From the NCBI GenBank assembly GCA_030599585.1, contig JAUVNS010000004.1, forward strand, positions 1 through 64,000: a stretch of DNA of 64,000 bases. Reading direction: 5' to 3'. The notes under the pieces were generated by a model. The model did no database searches. It was given only the letters and a program-made list of their open reading frames with translations, and was not told the DNA's origin. Shown here one piece after another: positions 10,177 to 18,746 of the stretch. This DNA is from Promethearchaeota archaeon (GTDB lineage: Archaea > Asgardarchaeota > Lokiarchaeia > Sigyniarchaeales > SOKP01). Position 1 is the stretch's first letter. Every line of letters begins with the position of its first letter. The translations under genes and the position numbers were made by a program.

Positions 10177-11364
10177 TTATTTTACCTCTTCATATTTTTT
10201 TAGTAGATCAGAAGGTGTTAACGGCGACAACTTTCTCAACCTTTTTACCTGATCTGGTAAGACTTCTATAAGGCCGTCAATGTCAGTTTCACGAGTAGTT
10301 CTTCCTAACGAAACTAGTAAACTTCCATGAGCTTCTTCGTGGAGAAGACCCATTGCAATAAGAGTATGGGACGGTTCTAACGTTTTTGAACTACACGCCG
10401 AACCAGTAGCGGCTGCTATATTATGTTCTTTTAAAGTTAATATTAAAGATTCTCCCTCAATATAGTCAAACCGGAAGTGTGCGTTGTGAGGAAGCCTTTC
10501 TTCGGGATGACCGTTTAAATGCGATTTAGGAATTTCTAAAACATTTTTAATGAGCTTGTCTCTTAAAATTTTTAATTTTTCCGATTCTTGGGGTATTTCT
10601 TTTTTTGCGATTTCAGCAGCTTTAGCAAAACCAACTATACCTGGAATATTTTCAGAGCCTGATCTCATCCCCCTCTCTTGACCTCCACCGATTATAATTG
10701 GATTAACGCGAACTCCTTTTTTTAAATAGAGCGCACCAACCCCTCTAGGACCATAGATATCGTTGGATGAGAGCGTTATAAGATCAATTGGAACTTCTTG
10801 AACATCAATAGGAATCATACTTTCGCTAGCTACGGCATCAGTATGAAACAAAACTCCCTTTTCTTGAGCAATTTTGCTAATTTCTGCAGTCGGTTGTAGC
10901 GTTCCAACTTCATTGCTAGCAGTAGATATAGAAATTAAAATAGTCTCGTCAGTAATTAATCTTTCAAGCTTGTCTAATCGGATTTTTCCAAATCTATCGA
11001 CCCCTACCCTGCTAACTCGAAACCCTTCTCTTTCAAGGTATTTTCCGATGTTTAAAATTGAAATGTGTTCTATTTCAGAAATAATAATATGGTTCCCTTT
11101 TTTCTTTAGTCTCCTCGCTGCACCGATTACTCCCAAATTATTAGATTCAGTCGCACCAGAAGTGAATAAGATATCGGATGAATTGGGGGCGTTTATAAAG
11201 TTCGCAACTTTTTCACGCGATTTTTCTAAAATATCTGTAGCAATATCTCCATCGCAATGAAGAGAAGCTGGATTTGCAAATTTTTCGTTAAAGAATAGTG
11301 TCATTTCAGCCATTACTCTAACATCGACAGGCTTTGCTGCTTGGTTATCAAGGTAAATACTCAT
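10177..11364 (-). CDS. iscS: IscS/NifS-family protein with the PLP lysine replaced by Asp
   Basis: IYLDN, FTSGATESNN, HTDAV and GSACSS; SSNDIYGPRG replaces SxHKxYGPKG. Confidence 0.92.
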   Translation of the reverse strand: MSIYLDNQAAKPVDVRVMAEMTLFFNEKFANPASLHCDGDIATDILEKSREKVANFINAPNSSDILFTSGATESNNLGVIGAARRLKKKGNHIIISEIEHISILNIGKYLEREGFRVSRVGVDRFGKIRLDKLERLITDETILISISTASNEVGTLQPTAEISKIAQEKGVLFHTDAVASESMIPIDVQEVPIDLITLSSNDIYGPRGVGALYLKKGVRVNPIIIGGGQERGMRSGSENIPGIVGFAKAAEIAKKEIPQESEKLKILRDKLIKNVLEIPKSHLNGHPEERLPHNAHFRFDYIEGESLILTLKEHNIAAATGSACSSKTLEPSHTLIAMGLLHEEAHGSLLVSLGRTTRETDIDGLIEVLPDQVKRLRKLSPLTPSDLLKKYEEVK

Positions 11365-11399
11365 ATTTTTTCCCTCTAGATATGATATGTCAGTCTTTG

Positions 11400-11651
11400 C
11401 TATTTATTCTTCTTAAAATAAAAAATCAAATCGTCTCCGTCTTTTACGAATTTTACTAGTTCTGTCCCAGTTCGTTTAGCCCATCTCGTTAAATCTTCTT
11501 CTGCGGCAGGATCATCAGCTAAAACCTTAAAAGTTTGACCGATATCCAAACTCTCTGAAAAAGTCCTCACTTCAAATATTGGTTCTGGACAAAATAAACC
11601 TCTCGTATCCAATTCAGCGTCATATTCTATTTCCTTTTTTTCGTCAGCCAT
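11400..11651 (-). CDS. tusA: TusA/SirA-family sulfur carrier
   Basis: LDTRGLFCPEP and VLADDP motifs. Confidence 0.9.
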   Translation of the reverse strand: MADEKKEIEYDAELDTRGLFCPEPIFEVRTFSESLDIGQTFKVLADDPAAEEDLTRWAKRTGTELVKFVKDGDDLIFYFKKNK

Positions 11652-11996
11652 TATATCTACCTTCTTTGATTTATATAAAGATTTTTTGTATTTAGAATTA
11701 ATTTAATTTTAAATTCTCCTAAGAGATGTACTTTCCACAATAAATTAAAATTATTTATTATATTTTAAACAACTTTTTGACATTTAAAATTCGAAAAAAC
11801 AACTTCATATAAAACGACTTTATAATTTATAACCTTCAGAATTGATCATTTTTTTTTATTTTCTTTTAATAACCAAAACTCGTAATTTCTTCAAAAGATC
11901 TTTGTATTGTGTTTAAAAAAAGATTTTTTTAGTAAAAGTGAAATTTTCTTAAATAAATAGGTAAAAAAATTAGATAAAAATTACTTATTTTTGATC

Positions 11997-12632
11997 TTAT
12001 TTTCCAAACGCTTCCTTAATAATCTTTACACCTGAAACTGCATCGTCCGCAAATAAGTCAGCTCCGAGCTTTTTGGCAAGTTCCATGTTCAAAGGGGCTC
12101 CACCAACAATTAATTTTACCGAATCCCTCAGTCCGGCTGCGATTAGAGCTTCGTGAACCACTTTAATTTGTTCAACGGTCATTGTTAACAATGAACTCAA
12201 AGCAACAATGTGAGCTCCAGTCTCCTTTACTTTATCAACAACAGTATTTTCATCCACATCCATACCTAAATCGTAGATTTCAAAACCATTGCTTAATAAT
12301 AACGACCCTAAAATATTTTTGCCGATATCGTGATTGTCACCCTTGACGGTGCCTATGATAATTTTTATCTTATCTTGCGATTGATCTGAAGCAGCTAAAG
12401 CTGGCTGGAGAACTTTAAACGCTTCCTTCATAGTTTCGCCAGCGAGTACGAGTTCAGTAAGATAATATTCCTTTTCTTCGTAACGGCGTCCTACTTCGTC
12501 CATTCCTTTTGTCAAAGCGTTCATAATATCAAAAGGATCCTTTCCATCTGCTTCTAAAGCTTCCTTTACAGCAGCCTCAATATCGTCTACTTCTAATTCA
12601 ATAATCAGTTCTGTTAATTTCTCAAAATCCAT
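11997..12632 (-). CDS. Methyltransferase-cognate corrinoid protein (B12-binding, MtaC/MttC-like)
   Basis: N-terminal cap domain; GDNHDIGKN, ALSSLLT and VGGAP motifs. Confidence 0.92.
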   Translation of the reverse strand: MDFEKLTELIIELEVDDIEAAVKEALEADGKDPFDIMNALTKGMDEVGRRYEEKEYYLTELVLAGETMKEAFKVLQPALAASDQSQDKIKIIIGTVKGDNHDIGKNILGSLLLSNGFEIYDLGMDVDENTVVDKVKETGAHIVALSSLLTMTVEQIKVVHEALIAAGLRDSVKLIVGGAPLNMELAKKLGADLFADDAVSGVKIIKEAFGK

Positions 12633-12739
12633 TTCTGACTTCTCTTTAATCTATGATTTGTAGATATTTAATAATAAAATATCTTACTTAAGATAAATAT
12701 TTTCTAATTTAAGAAAGACAAAAATGTATGATTTCGTGG

Positions 12740-12874
12740 AAAAAAGAAGATAGAGAGTAGCCGGAAATTGACCTCATAATGAGGTAAAGATTTTGGGATA
12801 AAATTTAGATTCCGTACTGTTACCATTTAAATTAGGAAATTAGGGGATATTTATAATTTCTGACTTCCTCTCTA
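12740..12874 (-). ncRNA. Candidate structured small RNA/leader upstream of the corrinoid gene
   Basis: Closing stem 12751-12769/12855-12874, perfect hairpin 12771-12785, TATA at 12903-12896 and U-tract at 12750-12740. Confidence 0.45.
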
Positions 12875-13028
12875 AAATACATATTACCATGGCAATATAT
12901 AAACCTTTGTCTGATTTGTCAATTTCAACCTAATATTTACTTTAAACGTAAAATGATGCCATAAGGTTTTAAATAACTAAGAATTATTGAAAAAAGAATT
13001 ATAAGAAGAATTACTATAAGGATTAAAA

Positions 13029-13772
13029 ATGGAAAATGAATTTATCGAAGAGGCTCCAGATATAGAGGACATCGCGATTTTAAGAGAGATTAAAGAAGAA
13101 AACTTTTTAATCTTGGCAAAAAATTTAGGTAAGGATTATGAAATTGGCGATTTTATAGTGAGAGCAGTCGATGAAGTCTCTTTAGGTATTAAAGAATCCG
13201 CATTTGTTATTATTAAAGGACCATCAGGAGCCGGAAAAACAACTCTGCTAAATTTATTAGGTGGCTTGGATACTCCAAATAGGGGGTCAATATTCTCTAG
13301 TGGAGTCAAGATTAGTAACTTACAAGAGGAATCCCTTGCTACCTTTCGGTTAATAAATTCGGGATTCATATTTCAAAACTACAATCTTATAAGCACTCTT
13401 ACTGCTGAAGAAAACATCATGTTTCCTATGAAGTTAGCTGGAATGAGTTTACAAGAGCAACGAGAAAGGGCGTTAGATCTCTTAAACAAAGTAGGCTTAG
13501 GGGACAGACGAGAACATTTACCCTTCCAGCTATCTGCTGGTGAACAACAGAGGGTTGCGATTGCACGAGCTTTAGCAAACGATCCTCCTATTATTATTGC
13601 AGATGAACCGACAGCAAACTTAGATAAAAAGACGAGCTTATTTATTAGAGATCTCTTTAGCGATATGAAACAAGAGGGTAAAACAATTATAATTGCTACT
13701 CACGACGATTATTTAATAGAACTCGCAAATCGCGTAATAAATTTTGAAGACGGTAAAATAGTAAATGAATAA
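13029..13772 (+). CDS. ABC transporter ATP-binding protein (LolD/MacB-like)
   Basis: GPSGAGKT, LSAGEQQRVAIAR, ADEPT and ATHD. Confidence 0.93.
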   Translation: MENEFIEEAPDIEDIAILREIKEENFLILAKNLGKDYEIGDFIVRAVDEVSLGIKESAFVIIKGPSGAGKTTLLNLLGGLDTPNRGSIFSSGVKISNLQEESLATFRLINSGFIFQNYNLISTLTAEENIMFPMKLAGMSLQEQRERALDLLNKVGLGDRREHLPFQLSAGEQQRVAIARALANDPPIIIADEPTANLDKKTSLFIRDLFSDMKQEGKTIIIATHDDYLIELANRVINFEDGKIVNE

Positions 13773-13819
13773 CCTGCTAATTCGCAAACTAAAAATTAAA
13801 AAAATACGGTGCCGTTAAA

Positions 13820-15733
13820 ATTTCGCTAGATTTTGCCTTAAAAGATTTTTATAGGAAACGCGAGACCACCTTCTCTTATACAATGATGATCGTTTTAGTT
13901 ATAGCGTTCACTGTATTTTTAATTAATTTCACCTCCTCGATAGGTTTTAACAGTTTTATAACCTACGATTATGAAAATTCGTTCTTTTTTTCAGGTGGGA
14001 TTAGCATTATCTTTATTGATTTCACTTCATTAGTGCTTATTCTTGTGCTAATCTTAGCTTTTGTGGTTGTCATTATCGTTAGTATTACTTTGATTATAAC
14101 CAAAAAGCGCGATATAGCGATCATGAAGGCCTTAGGTTCAATCCCTCAGAGATTGTATGGTTTCTACTTGACAGAAGTTTATGTGGTTTTTCTTATTGGT
14201 TTTTTCATTGGAGCTATAATAGGGTTTATTTCATATGTAATTTTCTTCTTTATAGCTTCAATTTTAGGGGCCTTAGCTACCTTTCAAGTTGATGTTATCT
14301 ATCTTCCTATTCTGTTTATATCGTGTTTAGTAGGGATTTATCTGTTTCCTGGAGTCGCGTTAAGGAAATTAGGAATGCAAAACACTATAAAATTATTTTC
14401 TAGAGATATTCCCTCGAACTACGACGCTTCAAAAAAATTAACAACAATTCCAAAGTGGTTAAGTTCAATCGGGTATAATGTAAAAATTTCAGTATTAAAT
14501 ACTCTTAGGAGGAGGGGTGAATTTAAGAGATATTTAATCGTATTTACAATTATCTCTCTTATAATTTTTACTTTAGGGTTAGGAAGTATTGTCCTAAAGA
14601 CGTCTTCCCAAGAATGGATTAAAAAGTCGCAAGGAACAAATATTGTTGCGATTGGTCATAAAGATGTCCTTCAAAACTACACTTTAATGTATGATATGTT
14701 CTCCAATCCGGACATTCTGGTAACACAAGATGATATTGACTTTCTTAACCCCGATTACTTGTTTAATCTTTCTAAAGTTGAAGAATTAACTAATTTTACT
14801 GAAATTGAAAGGGTTGACCAGCGATTAATCAATTTTTTTAACGTTACCGAGCTAGACGGATACCATTTTTTTGAAGATGGAGGTTCTTTGGCAGTTGGTC
14901 AAGATAGAAAAGCAATTATCCCTATAATAGGGTTTAATGCGAGCGAAATCATACAAGATTTTGAGATTGTGGGTGAATACATTGCTGTCGAGGATAATGT
15001 CAATATGATGATAGGAGACGGATTAGGATATAATCTATTTGATTATCCGTTAGATCAAAGCATGCGCATTGAAGAACTTGGAACGGGTCATCCATTCCAC
15101 ATTTCAGCAGTCGTTATAGATAGTTTTTACAGCGGTTCTGCGGGATATGTAGATTTAAGTATTATGCAAGGAGATCTGAACTTTAGTTCGAATGAGATTA
15201 ATCTTCTCTTACTTAAGATAAAATCTAGTGAGTATGCTGACGTAATTGGAGATATTGAGTTGATTATTCAAGCGAATCTAGGAGAAAATTTTAGTTTTGT
15301 CAATTTAAATCAAACTTTTGAGAATAACTATTCCTATCTTGAAATCCTAACTTTTTATCCCCTACTAATTATTATTCTGATGGCGATAATTTCGATTTTC
15401 GCATTGTACAATTATCAAAAAGGCAATATTTTAGAAAAGGCTAAAGATTTCCTAATTATGAGAGCTGTTGGTGCCAAATATAAGTCCATTAAGAAGATTC
15501 TCTTTTTGGAAGCCCTTTACATGATCATCCCGTCCTTGCTGCTAAGTATGGGGATTGGAATGATAATAAACTCTTTAGTATTATTCGATCGCGTTTATTT
15601 ACCCAGCTTATCGTTGCCAATTATTATCGTAGGGTTATTATTTATCGCTTTCCTAGCTTTTAATTATATATCTTTATTTCCAATTCTTTCAAAGATAAAA
15701 AAATTTACTATCAAAGATTTCGATATATGGTAG
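13820..15733 (+). CDS. FtsX/MacB-type ABC permease (probable ATT start at 13820; first ATG 13883)
   Basis: Two FtsX modules (KRDIAIMKALG, KDFLIMRAVGA). Upstream in-frame SLDFALKDFYRK resembles the family N-terminus. Confidence 0.85.
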   Translation: MSLDFALKDFYRKRETTFSYTMMIVLVIAFTVFLINFTSSIGFNSFITYDYENSFFFSGGISIIFIDFTSLVLILVLILAFVVVIIVSITLIITKKRDIAIMKALGSIPQRLYGFYLTEVYVVFLIGFFIGAIIGFISYVIFFFIASILGALATFQVDVIYLPILFISCLVGIYLFPGVALRKLGMQNTIKLFSRDIPSNYDASKKLTTIPKWLSSIGYNVKISVLNTLRRRGEFKRYLIVFTIISLIIFTLGLGSIVLKTSSQEWIKKSQGTNIVAIGHKDVLQNYTLMYDMFSNPDILVTQDDIDFLNPDYLFNLSKVEELTNFTEIERVDQRLINFFNVTELDGYHFFEDGGSLAVGQDRKAIIPIIGFNASEIIQDFEIVGEYIAVEDNVNMMIGDGLGYNLFDYPLDQSMRIEELGTGHPFHISAVVIDSFYSGSAGYVDLSIMQGDLNFSSNEINLLLLKIKSSEYADVIGDIELIIQANLGENFSFVNLNQTFENNYSYLEILTFYPLLIIILMAIISIFALYNYQKGNILEKAKDFLIMRAVGAKYKSIKKILFLEALYMIIPSLLLSMGIGMIINSLVLFDRVYLPSLSLPIIIVGLLFIAFLAFNYISLFPILSKIKKFTIKDFDIW

Positions 15734-15826
15734 ATAATTTTTGTATCAGAAAGAAAAATTTTAAAAAAGTGAAATAGATGAAGTATATATGAACTTATTT
15801 TTTCTAATCTAAACGATCACTAAGAT

Positions 15827-17188
15827 ATGGTAATGACAGAAGAAGAAAAATTACTGAGGAAAATCCAAGATTTACAATATGAATTAGATAAAAAGGAAAT
15901 TCAAATTAATAGTCAGTTAGATAAAATTGATGGTCAAGAAGTAGAGATCATGAAATACGAGCAAATGTTCGACGAAAATGCTCCAAAGAGTAAAATAAAA
16001 AAAGCCAAGGAAGATAAGCTAAACATTGAAATAGACGCAAGAGGACGAGAGATTCGCGAATTGAAGGACCGAATGGGCTTCTTAAGAAAAGAAAAAATAG
16101 ACTTACAGAAGAAATATGAGCTTGAGGTAAAAAAGAATACAGATACTTCTGTTATTAGTGTAGAAGAAATTAGAGAGAAGGAGAAACCACCTTTAAACGT
16201 ATTACTACAAGAGCTACAAGATAAGATTAACAAACAAGAATCGATGATTAGAAGGTTAAAAAGTGGAGAAATAGGGTTAAACGGTAAAGATAGCAGAAAG
16301 GACGAACATAACGCGATTTTAGAAGAAAAAGATAAAAAAATTGAAATACTCACTGATCAAATTGCTACACTTGACGATCGTATTGTTGCACTTAATGATA
16401 ACTTAAGTAAACCCGTTCCCGATATAGAAAAAGACGATAAACCTTCGAGTAATAATATCTCGAAAATTCTCTTAGAAGACCTCCAAAATAACCTAACTAA
16501 AGTAAAAAGACGCAATAACGAGTTAAAAAAGAAATTAGAAAAATATGAAAAGAAAGATAAAAGCAAAAAGGGATCGGAAGAAAATAATCAAGTAATAGAA
16601 TTGCAAAGTATAATTTCTCAATTAACGAGCGAGTTAGAGCATAAGAATAAAATAATTGAAGATAATACCATATCTAGCATTCATACGGAGAGTGAATCGG
16701 ATGCTGACTCACTACATTCCGTTGTAGAAGAATTAAAAAGTAAGCTAAGTAAAGCTAAATCACAAATAGCATCTTTTCAGATTGCTCAAGAACATAGTTT
16801 TAAAAGTCTAGCTCCAGGGGAGAATGAAGGAAAATTAAAAATTCAAAGAGAGATGGCTAGTTTTCTACAAAAACAATTAGCAGAAGCAAACAGCGCTCTA
16901 AAAACAAAAGAGGAAGCAATTATAACAATCAAAACAGAGGCAATAAGGATAAAAAAAAAATACGAAGCGTTAGAAAACCTTATTAAATCGAAAGATCGAG
17001 AAACAAATGAATTAAATACAGAGATTGCGTCGCTTAAAATGCAAATTCAGACTCAAAAACCTACATCGCACTCCATCCATCCTGATGTAAGATTAAGACT
17101 CAAAGAGCTCCAGAGTTTGGTAGACGATTTAAGCAAACAAACGATTCAGCAAAGATTAGAAATCTCTCAATTAAGAAAGAACAAGTAA
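15827..17188 (+). CDS. Long coiled-coil protein of unknown function
   Basis: Heptad E/K/L/Q-rich throughout; no Walker motifs. Confidence 0.75.
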   Translation: MVMTEEEKLLRKIQDLQYELDKKEIQINSQLDKIDGQEVEIMKYEQMFDENAPKSKIKKAKEDKLNIEIDARGREIRELKDRMGFLRKEKIDLQKKYELEVKKNTDTSVISVEEIREKEKPPLNVLLQELQDKINKQESMIRRLKSGEIGLNGKDSRKDEHNAILEEKDKKIEILTDQIATLDDRIVALNDNLSKPVPDIEKDDKPSSNNISKILLEDLQNNLTKVKRRNNELKKKLEKYEKKDKSKKGSEENNQVIELQSIISQLTSELEHKNKIIEDNTISSIHTESESDADSLHSVVEELKSKLSKAKSQIASFQIAQEHSFKSLAPGENEGKLKIQREMASFLQKQLAEANSALKTKEEAIITIKTEAIRIKKKYEALENLIKSKDRETNELNTEIASLKMQIQTQKPTSHSIHPDVRLRLKELQSLVDDLSKQTIQQRLEISQLRKNK

Positions 17189-17193
17189 TAGAA

Positions 17194-18177
17194 ATGGAAA
17201 TTATTATCTTAGGCTCTTCAGCCGCTATACCTGTTCGCGAAAGAAACCTCTCTTCAACCGCTCTTAAGTATAAAAGCGAACTCCTATTATTTGATTGTGG
17301 AGAAGACACCCAAAGAAAGCTTGTCGAAGCTGGTTTGAAGTTCAACAAACCCTTAAAGATATTAATATCACACTTTCATGGGGACCATATAATAGGCCTT
17401 CCGGGATTACTTTTTAGATTCGGTTTAAACCGTAGAACTGCCCCTGTTACTATCTTTGGGCCTGTAAACCTTTTTCTATACCTCTCTGTTCATAGAAAGG
17501 TTCTTGGTCTTAAACCTAATTATCCCATAACTGTAATAGAAATAGATGATAAACAAAACCAACTAATAATTTATGAAAGCTTGGACTCTGAATTACCGAA
17601 AGTAAAATTAAACATAAAGGAAAATACGATATTTGACGGGAGTAAATATGCTCTTAAATATACTTTAGTTGACCATTCAGTTCTAGCTTTTGCATATTCA
17701 TTTATAGAAAAGCCACGAAGTGGCAAGTTTAACCCAGAAAAAGCTAAAGAACTCGGAATTCCTGAGAGTGTTCTCTGGAAAAAGTTACAAGAAGGAGAAT
17801 GTATCGATTATAATGGTACACTAATTGATCCGATAAAGGAAAACATTGTAGCTCCAAAAAGAAAGGGACGAAAAGTGACGTACTCTGGAGATACATCCCC
17901 TTGTAAAAGCTTAATCGAATTAGGAAAAAATTCTGATATTTTAGTCCACGAAGCTACTTTTTCGAAGGAGTTATCAGATATGGCAATCGAAAAAAAGCAC
18001 TCCACTGCTACTGACGCAGCAACTGATGCAAAGAAAATGGGAGCAAAGCAGTTGATATTAACACACATATCCTCCCGCTATAGAGATGATAGTTTACTGA
18101 AATTACTCGAAGAAGCAAAGGAAGTTTTTCCTAACACGTTAATTGCTGAAGATTTAATGAGGGTTGAATTAAAATAA
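17194..18177 (+). CDS. rnz: Ribonuclease Z
   Basis: FDCGE, SHFHGDH, YSGDT, HEAT and LTHIS motifs; exosite arm. Confidence 0.96.
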   Translation: MEIIILGSSAAIPVRERNLSSTALKYKSELLLFDCGEDTQRKLVEAGLKFNKPLKILISHFHGDHIIGLPGLLFRFGLNRRTAPVTIFGPVNLFLYLSVHRKVLGLKPNYPITVIEIDDKQNQLIIYESLDSELPKVKLNIKENTIFDGSKYALKYTLVDHSVLAFAYSFIEKPRSGKFNPEKAKELGIPESVLWKKLQEGECIDYNGTLIDPIKENIVAPKRKGRKVTYSGDTSPCKSLIELGKNSDILVHEATFSKELSDMAIEKKHSTATDAATDAKKMGAKQLILTHISSRYRDDSLLKLLEEAKEVFPNTLIAEDLMRVELK

Positions 18178-18212
18178 GATTTTTAATAAAGAGAAGATAA
18201 AAAAATTTTAGT

Positions 18213-18410
18213 TTAGCCTCCCGCTATATGGGGTAATATAGTTATGGACGAGTCCTTGTTGATGATATCACTTTCACTTGCTTTTTTGCCATCAATAATT
18301 ATCCCAAAGTATTTTCCTTCGAGATTTAGTTCTTTGAGTAAATCGCCGACTGACATTTCCCGTTCGGGAGTAATAGTTTCCACAATTCCAGTTTCTAAAA
18401 GATCTGCTAT
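18213..18410 (-). CDS. ThiS/MoaD/SAMP-type ubiquitin-like protein (not in ORF track)
   Basis: Hand translation ADLLETGIVETITPEREMSVGDLLKELNLEGKYFGIIIDGKK...ITILPHIAGG* ends in GG. Start is ATA 18410 or GTG 18383. Confidence 0.85.
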   Translation of the reverse strand: MADLLETGIVETITPEREMSVGDLLKELNLEGKYFGIIIDGKKASESDIINKDSSITILPHIAGG

Positions 18411-18746
18411 TTGTCGAATAATAATAACCTTTAATATAGTTTTACTAGTTTAAATAAAACCATCTACCTATTTAAAATTAATTCAAGAAATAGATAAGTA
18501 TTGAGAATTTATCCGGTGCAATTTTACAATACCCAAACTGTCTCAATTTGGCATTTAAGTCAAATTAATTAGTTTTTGTAAGCAAAGAATTTCGATTTTT
18601 TTATTATGGGAAAAACCATTATTTTTATGTGTATTTTAATTTTATTGCATAAATTTGACTTTTATTTAAAGGGTTGATCTCAGATTCTTCAAGAGGATTC
18701 ATTTAGCGATTATGGCGATTATCTTAAGAAAGTTAGAGATTTATTA

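Noticed and set aside
12751-12874. Resemblance to RNase P ends (GAGGAAGUC...CGGCUA) or THF riboswitch (AGAGUAG...GGGAU)
   Set aside because: Too short, lacks P2/P3 and other conserved regions; the THF core CGUUAAGUG is absent.
13765-13818. +1 frameshift in the A7 run (13798-13804) joining ATG 13765 to the FtsX permease frame
   Set aside because: Possible, but an SD-preceded ATT at 13820 gives a family-typical N-terminus without a frameshift and fits the window-wide pattern; reads would decide.
15827-17188. SMC/Rad50 ATPase
   Set aside because: No Walker A/B, hinge or zinc-hook motif.
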